Below the pieces are notes generated by a model, which saw only the letters and a list, made by a program, of their open reading frames with translations, was not told the origin of the DNA and did no database searches. 64,000 nucleotides of DNA from Rhodothermales bacterium (GTDB lineage Bacteria; Bacteroidota; Rhodothermia; Rhodothermales; VXPQ01): contig OZ244993.1 in the NCBI GenBank assembly GCA_965223485.1, positions 2,089,527 to 2,153,526 of the forward strand, given 5' to 3'. Positions 62,138 to 64,000 of this stretch are shown piece after piece. The stretch's first letter is position 1. The number at the start of each line of letters is the position of its first letter. Made by a program: the position numbers and the translations under genes.

Positions 62138-63157
62138 ATGAAACGGATCGGCATTCTGGCGCTTCTTCTTTTCCTTGCGCCGGGGGCGTCTGCTCAGATT
62201 ACCGCGGAGGATGTCGGCACGGACAAACTCGCGCAAACGAGTTTCAAGTTCCTGGAGGTATCCCTCAGCCCCCGCGCTGCGGCCTTGAGCGATGCGATGA
62301 CAGCCGCCGATTTTAATTCGTCGGCCGCCATGTTCTACAACCCGGCGGGTATGGCACGGCTGGATCGTCAGTTCAGTGCGGGTTTCGGGATCACGAACTG
62401 GATCGCAGACATTACGTACAATGCTGCAAGCGCTGCGGTGAACACGAATTACGGGGTATTTGGGGCGTCGCTGATGTTTTCCGACTACGGAAGCGATATC
62501 ATCGGTACGGTGGTCGCCGCCACTGAGAGAGGATATCAGGAGTATAGTGAGTTGGGCGTACCCAACCCGAGTCCGTCATCTATGGCGATCGGCCTGGGGT
62601 ACGCCTTGGCTGTGACCGACCGATTCTCTGTGGGCGGCAATGCGAAGTACGTTTCCCAGGATCTCAGCGCGGCGGTGGTGTCGGCGGACGGGATGACCGA
62701 AGAAAACAAGGTTTCCACGACCGCATTCGACTTCGGGATGCTCTACAAGACGGGTTTTCGCAGTCTGAATCTTGCCATGAGCGTACGGAATTTCTCCAGA
62801 GAGCTCCGGTATGTGGACGAGAATTTCGAGTTGCCGCTGACCTTCAATGTGGGCGTGTCAATGAATATGCTTGATCTGACTGACATGGATCCGAATATGC
62901 ACGCTTTCCGGCTTTCGGTGGAGGCGGAGCGCCCGCGCGACTTTGCCGAACAGCTTAAGGCAGGCGGTGAGTACACGCTGAGGAACATTCTGTCGTTACG
63001 GGCTGGATACACGTATCCGACCGACGAGCAGAGCTACAGTTTCGGAGGAGGGTTGCAGTACGGCACCTCGGTCGTCGGTTTCTCGGCGGATTACGCCTAC
63101 ACAGAATTCGGCATCTTCGGCGCCGTTCACCGCATGGGCGTCAGTTTGACCTTCTGA
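62138..63157 (+). CDS. PorV/PorQ-family-like (FadL-fold) outer-membrane barrel, module 2
   Basis: The signal is ..LFLAPGASAQ, followed by SFKFLEVSLSPRAAALSDAMTA..SSAAMFYNPAGMA. It is collinear with 45661..46737 and ends ..HRMGVSLTF. ATG 62120 is an alternative start. Confidence 0.6.
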   Translation: MKRIGILALLLFLAPGASAQITAEDVGTDKLAQTSFKFLEVSLSPRAAALSDAMTAADFNSSAAMFYNPAGMARLDRQFSAGFGITNWIADITYNAASAAVNTNYGVFGASLMFSDYGSDIIGTVVAATERGYQEYSELGVPNPSPSSMAIGLGYALAVTDRFSVGGNAKYVSQDLSAAVVSADGMTEENKVSTTAFDFGMLYKTGFRSLNLAMSVRNFSRELRYVDENFELPLTFNVGVSMNMLDLTDMDPNMHAFRLSVEAERPRDFAEQLKAGGEYTLRNILSLRAGYTYPTDEQSYSFGGGLQYGTSVVGFSADYAYTEFGIFGAVHRMGVSLTF

Positions 63158-63217
63158 GTGACGACGCACCGGTCTTCGTAACCGCCCCGGGTCTTTTCCG
63201 GCATTTCTTTTTTCTTG

Positions 63218-64000
63218 ATGACCTTCCCGGCGGTGCGTCTGCGTGAGGACATCTGGGTAGCGATTTTCATCGCGACAGGGTGGGGGATTATCGGCGGATG
63301 CGGAGGGGATGAGCAGGGAAATCCGCCCGAGGGGCTTCTGCCCATTGCATTTCATGATGTAGCTCCGGTCGCCGGTCTGGGCGATTTCCGGCACGAAAAC
63401 GGAAGCGAAGATCGTTTCTGGTTTCCCGAACAGATGGGCGCCGGGGGCGGGTTTGTGGATTACGACGGAGACGGCTGGGAAGACATTGCATTGGTGGGTG
63501 GGGGAAGTTTGTCACCGACGGGGCCGGCGGGCGTACGCGCCTTGCGCCTTTTTCACAACAACAGGGACGGGACGTTTACGGACGTTACCCGTGAAGCGGG
63601 GCTGGACGATGCCCGCGCTTGGGGAACCGGGGTAACCGCAGCCGATTACGACAACGACGGCGATCAGGATATTTTTCTTGCGGCCTTCGGAGAGAATCTG
63701 CTTTTCCGCAATGATCCCGGGCCGTCAGGGGCACGTTTTTTTACCGAGACTGGACGTGCCGCAGGCGTGGCAGGTCCCCCTGGATGGAGCAGTTCGCCGC
63801 TCTTTTTTGACGCCGACCGGGACGGACATCTCGATCTCTACGTGCCCGGTTATGCCGTGTGGTCGCTTTCCAGTGACATGGAATGTTTTCGGGCGGACGG
63901 ACGACCGGATTATTGCCGCCCCGCCATGTACCCGGGCGCCCGGAGTTATTTCTACCATAACAACGGAGACGGTACGTTCACCGAGCGTACGCACGCAAGC
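63218..64000 (+). CDS. CRTAC1-family FG-GAP/VCBS lipoprotein (copy 3), 3'-truncated by the window end
   Basis: It is not in the ORF track because there is no stop inside the window. It reads MTFPAVRLREDIWVAIFIATGWGIIGGC (lipobox), then FVDYDGDGWEDIAL, AADYDNDGDQDIFL and FFDADRDGHLDLYVPGY, and is open to 64000. Confidence 0.75.
   Translation, partial: MTFPAVRLREDIWVAIFIATGWGIIGGCGGDEQGNPPEGLLPIAFHDVAPVAGLGDFRHENGSEDRFWFPEQMGAGGGFVDYDGDGWEDIALVGGGSLSPTGPAGVRALRLFHNNRDGTFTDVTREAGLDDARAWGTGVTAADYDNDGDQDIFLAAFGENLLFRNDPGPSGARFFTETGRAAGVAGPPGWSSSPLFFDADRDGHLDLYVPGYAVWSLSSDMECFRADGRPDYCRPAMYPGARSYFYHNNGDGTFTERTHAS

Noticed and set aside
39717-63157. Search for a SusD/RagB-like partner or an anti-sigma/ECF pair next to the TBDRs
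   Set aside because: No ORF in any frame shows the TPR-like SusD pattern or an N-terminal lipobox directly after the TBDRs. The TBDRs lack an N-terminal signalling extension. Absence is by eye only and should be confirmed with HMMs.
1-64000. tRNA, rRNA, riboswitch or retron/DGR elements
   Set aside because: I noticed no cloverleaf-like GTTCGAATC-type arms, rRNA-like stretches or reverse-transcriptase ORFs in the intergenic regions. A covariance-model scan (tRNAscan-SE, Infernal/Rfam) would be decisive.

Overview
This 64-kb window is visibly high-GC and comes from an FCB-group bacterium (Rhodothermota/Bacteroidota-like). That placement rests on five intact proteins ending in canonical T9SS type-A C-terminal sorting domains (..NYPNPFNP.TTI.Y.LP...YD..GRE...L.....Y.YRL...K). 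I saw no rRNA, tRNA or CRISPR. Layout: (1) 0.36-2.06 kb, a decayed MntA/HepT toxin-antitoxin pair hit by an IS3-family element. (2) 2.4-11 kb, a secreted glycan-degradation set: a non-catalytic multi-CBM protein, two tandemly duplicated GH53 galactanases and a GH13 amylase-family enzyme. (3) 11-21.3 kb, two intact copies and one decayed copy of a large adhesin-like T9SS cargo gene. The intact copies form an inverted pair around HicAB, a TIGR02757/DUF2400 gene and small coiled-coil ORFs, with a tyrosine recombinase next to them. (4) 21.3-23.7 kb, a SAM methyltransferase and an AT-richer islet with a HigB/HigA-like pair. (5) 24-33.1 kb, an L-rhamnose catabolic operon (rhaI-rhaB-rhaEW-lutABC) behind a candidate transporter. 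(6) 33.1-39.4 kb, an opposite-strand operon (mmsA/iolA-like ALDH, PfkB kinase, LacD/DUF2090-like aldolase, UxaE-like epimerase) divergent from a Zn-ADH. (7) 39.7-64 kb, two paralogous copies of a conserved module: TonB-dependent receptor, large secreted protein with a divergent T9SS-like tail, PorV/PorQ-like barrel, then CRTAC1/ASPIC FG-GAP lipoprotein(s). A TPR lipoprotein, an alpha/beta-fold protein and a TBDR+DUF4249 pair separate the two copies. The candidate novel system is that SusD-less TBDR / T9SS-tailed protein / PorV-like trio. The second-best lead is the inverted surface-protein pair, where only one copy sits behind a recognisable promoter. All family calls come from motif recognition by eye; no database search was run.
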